From a virus (taxonomy: Duplodnaviria; Caudoviricetes): a DNA stretch of 53,249 bases. The position numbers and the translations under genes are program-made. Under the pieces are notes generated by a model. It saw nothing but the letters and a program-made list of their open reading frames with translations, was not told the origin of the DNA and did not search any database. The stretch is from positions 1-53,249 of IMG/VR virus record IMGVR_UViG_3300031957_002446, one strand, 5' to 3'. This document shows positions 37,801-48,377 of the stretch, one piece after another. How positions within the stretch are numbered: the stretch's first letter is position 1; the number at the start of each line of letters is the position of its first letter.

Positions 37801-40800
37801 CCAGTTTGATGTGTATAATCAAATCCTGTAATATTAACTAATGGGCCAGTTGTATCGACTCCAATAATATCAACGATGGTTCCTCCGGCACCAACTTCCG
37901 CAATTACTTTTGCGGGAACTAGAGGTGCAATTCCTCTACCACCAGAGAATCCGATGGATATAATTCTTCCCCCAGTTGGCAATTCATTTGCAACTGGATC
38001 AGTTTCGGAAACAAAAAGTTCTCCACTAATTAGTTTGTTTCCAGAGAACTTATACTGAACTTCATCAGTCACTGGATCAACTTCAATAGAATATACATTT
38101 AAAGGATTGTTTTGCGTTGTTTGTCCTTGATATAACCCATTAATGAATACAATACCAGAACCACTAGCCGCTGTCTCAAGTCCAACGGGTTGCTGTCCAC
38201 CAACAGTTACATTAAAAGTCTGTCCTAAACCAGTAAATGATGGAGAAACATCATCATAAATTTCATTCAATGCATAATCTTGTCTCAAATATGTTCTTCC
38301 AGAGAAAGAAGATCTAGTAACAGGAAGATTTCTATCATCTAAAACAAATCCAGCACCAGCACCCGTTGGTGCTTCGGTAAAGAATATTGAATTTTCTTCA
38401 ATATTATAAGCACCTTTGTGGACAATTGCGAGTTCACCATCACTATAACTTGATGCAGAAGTTCCAACATAAGCTCTTTGGACTTGTGCTACATTAAAAG
38501 ATCCAATTCCAGTTATAGGTCCAAAAGTGCTAGTTGCAATACCAACCGCAACTACTTGCATAAATTCTTCACCAATTTTCAAAATATCTTGAGAATTAAT
38601 GGTTGCAATACCAGAGAGAGCAAAATATGTTCTTGATGCTCCAATATTTTCCTGAAGATTATATTCAATTGATGTTCTACTAATTGGATTTTGTACTACT
38701 CCATCAATTGTGATGATAGTCTTAGTCAATTTCTTAGTAGTATCCAACAAGTGGAAATTTCCAAGACCACGACTAGTGACTTCTAGTCCAATTCCAGAAA
38801 TAGCAAAATCTTTTTTAGTCGCTAACCTAATATTATCATTATCAACCCTAATAGCATATACACTATCTGGAATAATGTCGGTGGTAACGCCAGTTCTATA
38901 CACTTGTTGAGCTGTAGTCGCTGTAGAGACCAAAGACATTGAAACTGCTAGTCCAACTCTATCAACAAAATAGGTTGACCCTACTCCAACGGGAACGTTG
39001 TTATCAACAACAATAGAATTAATTCCAATTGCAGTGATAGTTCCAAATCCTGTATTAGTATCTAAATCAGTTACAGTATCTCCAAGTTGTAAGAGTGTGT
39101 GGTTTCCAATTCCATTAATTAGAGTAGTTCCAAAAGAATTTCCATTAAAGAAAATATATGTGGTTCCGATGCTAACCACTGTAGCCGCAGCTTGAACTCC
39201 TTGACCTTCTATTTCCTGACCAATTACAATATCTACAGTTGTACTAACTCCAGAAATTACTTTATCACCAGCTCTTACGTCACCTTCAAATGATCCACCT
39301 CCAGCAAGAGTGGTTCCAATTCCAATCTTAGAAGAGGATAGGCCGGAAATATTTGTCCCTTCAGAATATCTCAATTCTTGACCACTTTGTAAGAAATGGC
39401 TAGGAATTGTTATTCTTCCATCTGATAGTCTAAAGACAGATGGATTTCCAGGATCAAATCTATGTGCGTAAATTGGGAATCCTTCATGAAGAAGTTCAAA
39501 TTCGAGTTGGTCTGCTGGTTGATAAATTCCTTGAACAACTCTTTCCAATACCGTACCAAAAGCAAAATCATCTATTAGAGTAGAATTAGTGTCTTGATCG
39601 CTATAAAGAATTTCAGAATACTGCTCAATTCTTGCAGTAGCTCCAACATATGCAGCATCTGGAATAAATTCTAGATATGCATACTTATCCTGATATCTTC
39701 CAGTGAATGTACCAATGCCAGTAGAGGTATTAACACCAATTTGAGGATATTCGAGGGTGAAACTTTCAACTAATCCTGGATCTTGTGCAAAAACCACAGA
39801 AGTCATAACTTGAGTTTCGCCAACTCCAATTCTAACAACAGATTTGGCAACTCTGTCTGCTAAGGTAGTGAGACCAACAATACTAACGCCAGCCCCAGTT
39901 AACACTTCATCAAAAGTGTTTGATTCGAGTCTGGCAGTCCTCTCAGTCATGTCATCCTGAGTGCTTAATCTGAATGAAACAGATCCAATACCTGCTCCTC
40001 CTGTACCAAATCCTACAGTTCTAGATTTAATGGTAACAGTTCCGGTTCCTCCATTAGTGAAGTCTAGTGAGAATTTATCTTTCCCATCAGTATCTGTAAA
40101 AACAGAAGATCCAAAAGTACCAATTGGTTGATATGATAGTGCCTGCTCAGAACTATCAAAACCATATTGTCCTAGGTATGTTTCTGAGATTCCGTCATGA
40201 AGTAATGATATTTCTGCAAATTGCTTTTGGCCTGTAGTTTCATTCAACATTTCAACAGTTGAATACGAACCATTATATTCTGTGATGCCGAAAGAAACTA
40301 AAGAAGTAACTACACCTGCGGAAATCTGATCAGAATTTCCAACAAGTAAGTTGTCTTGAAGTATTCTTGAACCAGTACCATCTGTTCTAGAATCGAATAG
40401 TGATCTAAACGCCTTAATATCGTAAGCTTTTAACGGATTTGTTGGTGTAAATCGCATTGAAATTGCACCACTTATCTCATCATAGACGGCTTCAATTTCA
40501 CCAAGAGATTCTAATTCATCATCTTCTACAGCAACAGATCCATTACTCTTAACTCTTATACGCTCAACGTTGAAGGTATTTCCTGAATTGTCATTACTAA
40601 CAACTAACTCAACAATCTCAAAATGAGTTCTATCTTCCCTAGAAGTAATAACAATGAAAAATCTATTGAAACCAACTGATGATGGATATATCAAGAAATC
40701 TGTAAATTTATTCTCTAAATTGTCACTATCTGCAAAGTCTTTGCTGATATCATCATGAATCAAAACCCTATTAGTTACACACTCGATAAATGTCGTTAAT

Positions 40801-43800
40801 TTTTTATTTCCAAATTTGATTGAATTTGTAACTTTAGGGGAATTTGTCACAACGTCAGTATCAACTGCGAAGTCAAAAAATCTTTGAGCATAGACTGGTA
40901 ATTCTTCAATAATATCAACAACAATAGAAGATTCTGCAGCTGCTGTTGTCCCGATACCAACATCAACGTTATTAAGTATACTTGTATCAACAAAGTTTTT
41001 GGTTCCACTGATATGAACCATACGATTCATAGGATCTACAAGATCTTCCCATTCAACTTCTGTTTTAACAGCATAAGCTAATTTTTGATAATAGTCATTG
41101 TCGGGAATTACTTGAGTATCATCATTTAAAAATCCTTTAAAGTTAGACCAACCAAAGTTTTGTTGAACTCCAGAATCAACCTCATAAAAACCATCGAAAC
41201 TAATAATTTTTTTAATAGTTGCTTTAGTTCCAGAAACTTTACCTAAGACTACATCACCAACTTGCAGTTCATAATCTCCCAGAGTCTTAAGAATTCCATT
41301 TTCTGTCGTTTTAGTTACAAATAGATCTGTTTCTACATTGCCAACACTAGTGACTAGTAGAAGTCTTTCATTATTAGTGAATATGTCAGATTTTAAGTTG
41401 ACTTTGAATAATGGATATTTGTCTCTTTTTACAACACTTCCAAAATTAACTACTGTTTTTGCAATGCCTGGATTAGTAGTAAATCCAGTCAGATCAAAAG
41501 TAATTTGAGCTGGATTGACTCCACCGTTAAAGTTTTGTACTTTGAAAAATTCAAATCTATAATTTGCAGAGTTGAATCCATCACCATCGCTATTTCCCTC
41601 TGGATCGGTGTATTTTTCGATGCCATCAACGTACACTTCATCACCAGCGTTTAGTGGATTTGTTGCAAATCCAATCAAAGGAGTTACAATTTTAACAGTA
41701 AGAACGCCAGTATTTACACTATCTGCCTCAATAATTGTTAATCCATTACTATTGTCTGAGCTGTAAATACTATGTGCAACACCTGCTAATCCAGATGGAG
41801 CTTTAATAATCTCCACATCATCAATAGATCCTCCACCCTCATTAAGAACAGCCAATAACTCTGCATCATTAATAACCTCTGCAGTTACAGAGTTTACTAG
41901 TTGTAATTTTGGCGTACCAACAAAACTAGTTCCACCAAATACAATATCTACGCTTTCAACAGTATTGAAATTCTCCAAATCATAATAAGTTGGAATATCT
42001 GCAACTGGTTGTAGCGTTTTATCCTGAGAGAATTCAAATCCTGGTTTTTCAATTCTAAAAGAATTTAATTTTCCAATTTCATCGGATGTTACAGACAATT
42101 CGGCATTAACTCCTTGCGAAGTAGTAATTGTGGAAATGCCAGGAGTCTTTTCGTAATTAAATCCTTTGTTTAAAATTTTAATCTTATTAATACCACCAAG
42201 ACCTGTTTTGGATCTGGTAGTGTAGCTCAACTTATCGCAAGATGAAGGAGTATACTCATCTTGCTCGGGAGTTTCAAAAAGTGCTACCAAGAAAGAAGTT
42301 GTAGCTACTCCAACCACAACCGTATTAATATGATACTTACTATCAACGTATAAAATTCTTGAATGATTGGTAATATATTGATCTGGTTCAATTAAAATAT
42401 TATTGGCAGTATCAAGCAAATTGTAATAAATTTGCTCGGGAATATTTTCATTAAACTCTATAGTAATACTTTCAGTTCCACCTGCACCTACTGTCCCAAC
42501 TCCAGAAACTTCAAATGATGTTGATTTTCCTGTTCCCACAAGTTCATTTCTGAAATTTTGATCAAAGAAGAATTTTAATTCATATCCAGAAAGAGAGGTA
42601 TCAGAAACATCAAAAACAAGATTGTTGTTTCTAACTACTTGAATTTCTGGGTTAATAATTGACAAACTTTGACCAGAACCACCTGTAGTTCCTAATCCAA
42701 TTGTTCTTGGATTATTTCCTATAACATCAATGTAGGTTTCTCCTAATTGAATTTTATCCTTATCAACTACAAAGACAAAATATTCTGTCTTGTCTACTGG
42801 ATTTTCTAGAGGATCTGGATTATTGGGCCCTTTATAGTAAAGTTTATCGCCAGTTTCAAGTCCATGATCGACTAAAGTGATTTCACTAGTCTGTGCATTA
42901 ACTGCATCGGATCCAAATCCAATTGGATCGAATAAAATTTTACGGATATCTTCATCAAAGATAACACTGATAGAAGAAGCAGATCCAACGCCACGAGAAA
43001 GATTTGTTTCAATATCTATTTTTAAAGAGTCATTTAAAGTTAACTGATGAGTTTGTGCAGTAGAAACTCTAGCTGATAATCTATCAACTTTACCAATTAT
43101 TTGCTCTTTATTTGGAATACTCTCAATAAAATATTCAAAACTTTCACTATCAACCGTCTTATATAAAGTTGGATTGGCATTGAATATCAAAATATCACTA
43201 TTAAGAGTAGTTTTGATACCAATCGTATTCTTTCCTCTGTTTGAAATGAATACTTCTTGACTTATTCCATCCTCTGGGAAAGCGAATGTTGAAGCAGAAG
43301 ATACTGTTGATACACCAAGAACATTTGCTCCGCTAGGAACACCAAATTTTACTCTTTGATTGTTTTTAAATGGATGGTCTTCAATATAAATTGATTGAAT
43401 AGGAATACTTCTGTTTGAAGTAATACCTAAAACTTCATATTGAATAGATACATGCCCACCAGAAGTTGTTCCAAAACCAACAGATTCATTCGGATTGAAA
43501 TACACCTTATCATTTGGTGATGAATTGAAATTTTCTCCATCAACATCTATGTAAAAATCTGATGGTTTTGCAGTTACTGCAGCCCCAGCCAAATGTCCAT
43601 CGGTACTAATTCCTCTAACAGCTCTTAATACCGAATTATAAGGACTATAGTTATTTGATGGTCCATAGACGTTCAATACCTTTAAAGTTTCACCTTCAAT
43701 AGTAATTTCAGTATCTGGTCTTACATATTTTGGAATAGGCGATATTTTAATATCGGTTTTCATTCCACCAACTGATTCAGCTGGCATAGATTCTTGAATT

Positions 43801-46800
43801 CCAAATCTCTCATCAAATACAGAGATTTTTTTGAATCCAGTAATTTGTGGGAAATATGTAGATAAACCACTGATTTTTACTACTGTTCCATCTTCTAATG
43901 AGTGGAATGTGCCAATTGTGGCTCTAACTTGATTTGGATTTGCTCTAGAGAATACAAAAGTGGAGAATCCAATAGTTTCGTTTGAAATTCTATCAATTTT
44001 TTGTCCAAAAATTTCACTTACCTCTGCAGCCGCACTAGAACCAGTAGTTTCTTCATTATTGAATATAATAGTATCACCAACTTGATAGTTAGTACCTGAG
44101 TTCAAAATTTCAATTTCATCAATTCCACCAACTTTGGTATTATTGACAATTGTTCTTTGTGAAGTGAGTTTATATGGTTCAACATAGAAATCATATCCAC
44201 CACCCTCTTCAGATACAACGTATGGAAATGTATTTCTGAGCAAATCGCTCGAATTAAAGTCAAAATCCTGGCTTAAAGTCTCACTACTTCCAATCAAATT
44301 TTCTCTGATTACGGAAGACTTATACGAATCTCCAATTACATACGGGAAAACAGATTCTAATTCTCCCGTTCCTGCATTAAAATTATTGACTGTAAAGTAT
44401 GCATAAACTCCATTTGGATAATCTGGAGTTTTGCAGAATCTTCCATTATGAATATCTAAATTTCCAGCATCGGTAAATTTGTAATCCTCTATAAAAAATC
44501 CATCTGGGAATCCCGTTGGTCTTTGAATTACCGAATCAGAATCAACTTCATATCCAGAAACAAGTCTGATAACATCGGAACCACCATCGTTGGGATCTTC
44601 ATATCCTTTTGAGCCATAAATGGGATTTCCGTCATATGCCCACCCAATCAAAGGAGAATGTGCAGTATCTTCAATGTCATTAAATTCTACGATTAGGCTA
44701 CTATTAATACCAACAACTCCATATTGGAAACCAACATCATCTCCACGATTTAGCAATACTTCACTATCATCATCATCAAATTTTGCTCTTTGATTGATTG
44801 TTAAATCTCTAATACTACTTTTTAATATAGCACCAGATCCTTGAGAAGTTACTTTAATTGTGGTGCTGTCAAAATTGTAATTTTGACCTCTACGAATAAC
44901 AATAATATCAATTACCTTTCCAGCTCCATTAATAACTGGACGTAGAATTGCTCCTGTCCCGGTTGGACTAACAGCCTCTACAATTGGTAAAGAATAATAT
45001 TCTTCACCTTCATTTGTCACATTAACATCTCTAATTTCTCCATCGACAATTACGGGAACAAATTCTGCACCCTTTCCATTTAATACCGTTACGGATGGAT
45101 TCTTTTCAAAATTCAAAACAGTGGTTCCATAAGGACCACCTTTTTCATATAGGAGAACATCTTGAATTGGGCCAGTTATTACTGGAGTTGCTGTAATTAC
45201 TCCAACAGTATTTGCAATGGTTACATTCACCTCAACTTGAACTTCTGGATAGTTGAAAATGTGGAAACCTGTACCAACTCCTGTAAAGTTTTCAATAGAT
45301 CCTCGTTCAAATAAGGTTAGAGTAGTTCCACCAACTCCAGCATTAGTAATTCTGAAATTATTATTATCAATTTTAGTAACTACAAATTGTGCTGTTGTTT
45401 GAATTCCAACAATAGGATCACCATCATACTCATATGTAATTAACTCTCCAGTCGAATATCCATGATTAGTAAATGAAAGTGTATTTGTAAATGTAGATAC
45501 ACCTAAGGTGCTAATAGCAATTTTTCTAGTAGAATATCCTGATCCAGGATTGAGTACATTGACTCCTGTAATTTTTTTAGTTGGATTGAGTAACCTAAAC
45601 GTTTGTTGACCAGCACTTTCACTGCCTGTGCTAAATCCAACAGTATTGATACCCGCATTGTAATCTTGAAGATTTTCATATAATCTAATAGAATTGCTTG
45701 TTACAATTTCAGTATAATAAACTGTTCCCGTTTCTAAAAATCTACCAGTAAGAGTAGTAAGACCAAATCCAGTAATTGATGGGGATTTGTTTCCATTTGG
45801 AACATATACTACAGCTGTACCATCTCCCAAATTGTGATTCTTTATGGTTGTAATGGTATCGGTAAGCCAGTTGATTCCTCCACCAATGTCAAATAAAGAT
45901 GCGTTAAAATCAATCTCTCTAAACTCATCTTCTACAATTGGTTCTACAAGTGCTCCTACACCATTTCCACCTTTAACATCAATTCCTGAAACAGAATTTA
46001 ATCCAAACTCTTGTGGATCAATGTAAATATTTTTTAAAGATCCTGTTATCGCTGGATAAGCAAGAGCTGTTGTTCCAGAATCAGGAGAAACAACTTTAAG
46101 TAAAGGTGGATTTGTTACACTATACTCTTTGCCACCGTTCAATACGGAAATTTGATTTAACGGGCCGTAATAGACTTTATCGTCAGTTTTATAGTTTACA
46201 ACTTCAACTCCATTGATCAAAATTCCGATTGTTCCTGGAACTGTTGAAACATTATCTTCTACATCTAAAGATTTTGAAACTGGAATTCTTCTAAAAACTT
46301 TTTGTGGAGCAATTTTTTTGTTATATTGCTCCGCAAGAGTGAAATCATGACTGCCTGTATTTCCATCTTCAGGCTCATCAAATTGTAAATTTTCCCCTGT
46401 GACAATAAAAGATCTTGCAGCATATAGTTTTACTTTGTTTGCAGGACTTAAGACTTCAACATAATAAGTTGTTCCGTATACCAAACCACTAATAGGATCT
46501 GCAGAAGTTCCAGCAGAATATACTACAGCATCTCCAGTTATAAATTGAACTACATCTGGAAATGACAGAACATTGTACTTTTGAGTTGTTGCATCAAAAT
46601 CCTGTAAAGCAGCCGAAACTACAGTTGCCTCATCAATTGTTGATTTGATAATATCGACTTCTATATTGTATGAAGGCAAAGAATTTGATGCAACATAAAG
46701 ATTCTCATCTTTCTTGTCAACGTAAGTATTGAGAATATCTGAGATTACTACATTATTACCATTTTCAATACTATTTCCAATACTAACTGCTTTCTTAACT

Positions 46801-48377
46801 TTCCGTCTAATATCATAACCAATTCCAGCAACTAAACTGGAAACTCCGCTTCCAGATAAAATTACTTGATTGACACCAGAAACAGTTACACTTGCAGATT
46901 CTACTAAAATTTCTCCATCAGCTCTGTTCAGAACTTCAACTGTATCTCCATCTCTAAGATATGCTTTATCTACATCGATTTCTAAAGTAAATGTGGATCC
47001 AAAAAAGGTCTTAACTTTAATTCTTGATGCTGTGTTATACTGCCAAGAATTAGCTAAGATTTGTAAATCTGTTTTATTTGAAGATGGGTCTTTAACCTTA
47101 CGACCAAGGCTCTTGACTTGATATACCTCGTTTAAATCTGAGTAAAAAATATCAGAATTTGGTAAAAAGTCTGATATTACTCCAGTAATGCGAAGTTCTA
47201 CTCTCTCTCCGGTATTTGGATTAGTCGAGTATGCAATATCGTTGGTTCTAACAGCAGTATTAGCTAAAATTGTACTGTCAATACCGGAGCACCCTAAAAA
47301 CTGATTAATCGTTTTATCAGTATACGTTACTGTCTGGTTTCCTACGACAAGAGTTCCAGATTTTGCAAAACCAATAGTAGTGTCTACGGAGAGAACCTTA
47401 GAACCAGCACTAATTTCTTCAATAGTTTTTGTATATGGGGTGATTGAAAACTTTCCGTCAAATCCTGGTGCTGGATCTGAAAATCTACTGAATAAGAATA
47501 AATTATAGAGTTGTCCATCTGCAGAAATAGACGAAAACTCAACTTCAGAAATTGGAGCAGAGGCACCTACGATCTCAAGATTTTGTGTATTTTGATCTTG
47601 AATTAATGTTTGTCCAGATAATGTTAAAGGATCTCCAGAAATTGCCTCTGCCGTAAGAAAAAGTCTATTTCTATAATTTGCAATTGATGGCTCAACTAGA
47701 GCATCAGTTTGATTCTTTATAGTAGATCTTTTTCCGAAAAGTACGGAAGTTAAGATGTTGAAAGAATCTTGTGTTCCTTTTGAATTATAAAAACTTCTTA
47801 ACCCTTTAATAAAATTATTGATGTCTACGTCACTTTCAAAAGATTCATCCTCAAATCCAGGAGCATATGAAATTTTTAGTTTCCTGAAAAATTCTTTGAG
47901 GAATAGGTTACTTAAATTAGTTACACTAACCCCGGTGGAATGAGAGGCAGCTAATGTGGAACTAAAAACTACCTCTCCTTCGATATAATTTTCAATTCCA
48001 CTAAAACCTCTAACACAACCAATGATACTATTATCAGTTGCCTCAGTGTAATAGATTATTTCACTATCAATCTTTACAATACCATTATTTCTTGGATATC
48101 CTCTTGTATTTGAAAGGGATATCGTCGTATCCGTGGCAGACACATCTGCCGACAGTGTTACAGATCCTGATACAATATCATTTGTATAGGAATCTAATTT
48201 TAAATATTCTACTAGTCCGTCAACAAGATCTACAGAAGATCCACGATTTTCTTGACCAAGATAATACTGCTTGAGAAAATCAATACTTTTTGGGTTTTCT
48301 ATCCTGAGATACTCAGGTAACTGATTAGCTAAGATATTTTGAATCTTAACTCTCTGGTTCAGTCCGGTTTCAATCAT
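34854..48377 (-). CDS. gp7: Giant baseplate wedge initiator-like protein (4507 aa) with many inserted beta domains
   Basis: Between gp6 and gp8; QLPEY..FLKQYY, FYNSKGT..SF..L...LFG, DNDYYQKLAY...HISG; YHYH-like and repeated modules. Confidence 0.85.
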   Translation of the reverse strand: MIETGLNQRVKIQNILANQLPEYLRIENPKSIDFLKQYYLGQENRGSSVDLVDGLVEYLKLDSYTNDIVSGSVTLSADVSATDTTISLSNTRGYPRNNGIVKIDSEIIYYTEATDNSIIGCVRGFSGIENYIEGEVVFSSTLAASHSTGVSVTNLSNLFLKEFFRKLKISYAPGFEDESFESDVDINNFIKGLRSFYNSKGTQDSFNILTSVLFGKRSTIKNQTDALVEPSIANYRNRLFLTAEAISGDPLTLSGQTLIQDQNTQNLEIVGASAPISEVEFSSISADGQLYNLFLFSRFSDPAPGFDGKFSITPYTKTIEEISAGSKVLSVDTTIGFAKSGTLVVGNQTVTYTDKTINQFLGCSGIDSTILANTAVRTNDIAYSTNPNTGERVELRITGVISDFLPNSDIFYSDLNEVYQVKSLGRKVKDPSSNKTDLQILANSWQYNTASRIKVKTFFGSTFTLEIDVDKAYLRDGDTVEVLNRADGEILVESASVTVSGVNQVILSGSGVSSLVAGIGYDIRRKVKKAVSIGNSIENGNNVVISDILNTYVDKKDENLYVASNSLPSYNIEVDIIKSTIDEATVVSAALQDFDATTQKYNVLSFPDVVQFITGDAVVYSAGTSADPISGLVYGTTYYVEVLSPANKVKLYAARSFIVTGENLQFDEPEDGNTGSHDFTLAEQYNKKIAPQKVFRRIPVSKSLDVEDNVSTVPGTIGILINGVEVVNYKTDDKVYYGPLNQISVLNGGKEYSVTNPPLLKVVSPDSGTTALAYPAITGSLKNIYIDPQEFGLNSVSGIDVKGGNGVGALVEPIVEDEFREIDFNASLFDIGGGINWLTDTITTIKNHNLGDGTAVVYVPNGNKSPSITGFGLTTLTGRFLETGTVYYTEIVTSNSIRLYENLQDYNAGINTVGFSTGSESAGQQTFRLLNPTKKITGVNVLNPGSGYSTRKIAISTLGVSTFTNTLSFTNHGYSTGELITYEYDGDPIVGIQTTAQFVVTKIDNNNFRITNAGVGGTTLTLFERGSIENFTGVGTGFHIFNYPEVQVEVNVTIANTVGVITATPVITGPIQDVLLYEKGGPYGTTVLNFEKNPSVTVLNGKGAEFVPVIVDGEIRDVNVTNEGEEYYSLPIVEAVSPTGTGAILRPVINGAGKVIDIIVIRRGQNYNFDSTTIKVTSQGSGAILKSSIRDLTINQRAKFDDDDSEVLLNRGDDVGFQYGVVGINSSLIVEFNDIEDTAHSPLIGWAYDGNPIYGSKGYEDPNDGGSDVIRLVSGYEVDSDSVIQRPTGFPDGFFIEDYKFTDAGNLDIHNGRFCKTPDYPNGVYAYFTVNNFNAGTGELESVFPYVIGDSYKSSVIRENLIGSSETLSQDFDFNSSDLLRNTFPYVVSEEGGGYDFYVEPYKLTSQRTIVNNTKVGGIDEIEILNSGTNYQVGDTIIFNNEETTGSSAAAEVSEIFGQKIDRISNETIGFSTFVFSRANPNQVRATIGTFHSLEDGTVVKISGLSTYFPQITGFKKISVFDERFGIQESMPAESVGGMKTDIKISPIPKYVRPDTEITIEGETLKVLNVYGPSNNYSPYNSVLRAVRGISTDGHLAGAAVTAKPSDFYIDVDGENFNSSPNDKVYFNPNESVGFGTTSGGHVSIQYEVLGITSNRSIPIQSIYIEDHPFKNNQRVKFGVPSGANVLGVSTVSSASTFAFPEDGISQEVFISNRGKNTIGIKTTLNSDILIFNANPTLYKTVDSESFEYFIESIPNKEQIIGKVDRLSARVSTAQTHQLTLNDSLKIDIETNLSRGVGSASSISVIFDEDIRKILFDPIGFGSDAVNAQTSEITLVDHGLETGDKLYYKGPNNPDPLENPVDKTEYFVFVVDKDKIQLGETYIDVIGNNPRTIGLGTTGGSGQSLSIINPEIQVVRNNNLVFDVSDTSLSGYELKFFFDQNFRNELVGTGKSTSFEVSGVGTVGAGGTESITIEFNENIPEQIYYNLLDTANNILIEPDQYITNHSRILYVDSKYHINTVVVGVATTSFLVALFETPEQDEYTPSSCDKLSYTTRSKTGLGGINKIKILNKGFNYEKTPGISTITTSQGVNAELSVTSDEIGKLNSFRIEKPGFEFSQDKTLQPVADIPTYYDLENFNTVESVDIVFGGTSFVGTPKLQLVNSVTAEVINDAELLAVLNEGGGSIDDVEIIKAPSGLAGVAHSIYSSDNSNGLTIIEADSVNTGVLTVKIVTPLIGFATNPLNAGDEVYVDGIEKYTDPEGNSDGDGFNSANYRFEFFKVQNFNGGVNPAQITFDLTGFTTNPGIAKTVVNFGSVVKRDKYPLFKVNLKSDIFTNNERLLLVTSVGNVETDLFVTKTTENGILKTLGDYELQVGDVVLGKVSGTKATIKKIISFDGFYEVDSGVQQNFGWSNFKGFLNDDTQVIPDNDYYQKLAYAVKTEVEWEDLVDPMNRMVHISGTKNFVDTSILNNVDVGIGTTAAAESSIVVDIIEELPVYAQRFFDFAVDTDVVTNSPKVTNSIKFGNKKLTTFIECVTNRVLIHDDISKDFADSDNLENKFTDFLIYPSSVGFNRFFIVITSREDRTHFEIVELVVSNDNSGNTFNVERIRVKSNGSVAVEDDELESLGEIEAVYDEISGAISMRFTPTNPLKAYDIKAFRSLFDSRTDGTGSRILQDNLLVGNSDQISAGVVTSLVSFGITEYNGSYSTVEMLNETTGQKQFAEISLLHDGISETYLGQYGFDSSEQALSYQPIGTFGSSVFTDTDGKDKFSLDFTNGGTGTVTIKSRTVGFGTGGAGIGSVSFRLSTQDDMTERTARLESNTFDEVLTGAGVSIVGLTTLADRVAKSVVRIGVGETQVMTSVVFAQDPGLVESFTLEYPQIGVNTSTGIGTFTGRYQDKYAYLEFIPDAAYVGATARIEQYSEILYSDQDTNSTLIDDFAFGTVLERVVQGIYQPADQLEFELLHEGFPIYAHRFDPGNPSVFRLSDGRITIPSHFLQSGQELRYSEGTNISGLSSSKIGIGTTLAGGGSFEGDVRAGDKVISGVSTTVDIVIGQEIEGQGVQAAATVVSIGTTYIFFNGNSFGTTLINGIGNHTLLQLGDTVTDLDTNTGFGTITAIGINSIVVDNNVPVGVGSTYFVDRVGLAVSMSLVSTATTAQQVYRTGVTTDIIPDSVYAIRVDNDNIRLATKKDFAISGIGLEVTSRGLGNFHLLDTTKKLTKTIITIDGVVQNPISRTSIEYNLQENIGASRTYFALSGIATINSQDILKIGEEFMQVVAVGIATSTFGPITGIGSFNVAQVQRAYVGTSASSYSDGELAIVHKGAYNIEENSIFFTEAPTGAGAGFVLDDRNLPVTRSSFSGRTYLRQDYALNEIYDDVSPSFTGLGQTFNVTVGGQQPVGLETAASGSGIVFINGLYQGQTTQNNPLNVYSIEVDPVTDEVQYKFSGNKLISGELFVSETDPVANELPTGGRIISIGFSGGRGIAPLVPAKVIAEVGAGGTIVDIIGVDTTGPLVNITGFDYTHQTGVATVTTSTNHNLQSGWFAQFENIVFECPAGGSITTTVFPDERGIIYNISNFEYDKTTGLSTITTSVDHNIAKFDQVNLSNIEFTCAAPHAGVTTTIFPDGTQGTKYFVIDVPAANQLTVNVGISTIDHTYDTGGEVYGVKNTGPYSVDTVISNTQFSVNVGIVGFAHTYVSDGTVARYYDGLNFGQGYFNTASVSLEEDGHEGTVAVVDATIPFNEHRFESAATDAVTGTGGPYTPTDGTYDPVTGDLTLTIAGHSLTAGVDQVGLATESICFSCLQDNNTKIDCYPREVGGRGLPDPAYNTDLDISATTTDTITINVGEAQGGKFTGGRLKFDITNPGTGYTSPTVNVSTPSYGNLPIEGVFRTGIGSTTQTGQGLLVDIKAGAAKTTGIGTEFFIAENFSLQSRGFGFKVGDQFKPVGIVTGAFPSNPYRVPSNNPGYAGTAYEDVIFEVLQVFDDSFSSWNFGQVDYIDSIRSLQNGVRTRFPLALNGSLLSFQKNTDDEQSILVDLDSVLLIFVNGVIQQPKKDYFFEGGTSFNFNFTSAPQPNDDIKIYFFRGQRGVDSVLVQVDEVVKPGDKLILEKLDPNNVATQSERIIFGIEDSEQVETNIYRGLGIDDALFRPITLLPQKRDLILQEDFQYKIRDSLQSQIKPNAKVIGDFSTSEDFIFVDDAEFFQYEEDADGSNVEEVVPDCLVVKYNDPVSAAVTVTVSATGTISTATIVSGGSGYTDGTVSLSIANPPKVDDVTYGLVGVGTTAILTGTAAGGSLTAIGIVDPGFGYTSTRVPNVMVEIPTVDSEKLESCDVIIGYSGIITGIGTTTGTGGHPLALKLYVDLIGSTETTLFGTLKPDYKIFVKDTTIGTGVTSVNANDTDVIGIGTQFLNNVYHVNDFSFELTGTGEITCNIKSDTDIVGLAATSSTGVGKFSWGLIGGFKRQVLNPISLSVAGNTVDVGLTTFPTIVRSGGVGLRRSGNLAKKVFL

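Noticed and set aside
25722-48377. Many 60-115 aa plus-strand or alternate-frame ORFs within the giant structural genes
   Set aside because: Expected antisense shadows of long Gly/Thr/Val-rich ORFs; no independent signals.
34854-48377. Diversity-generating retroelement or invertible cassette behind the gp7 repeats
   Set aside because: Repeats are diverged at protein level with no near-identical TR/VR DNA pair seen, and there is no reverse transcriptase or invertase in the window.
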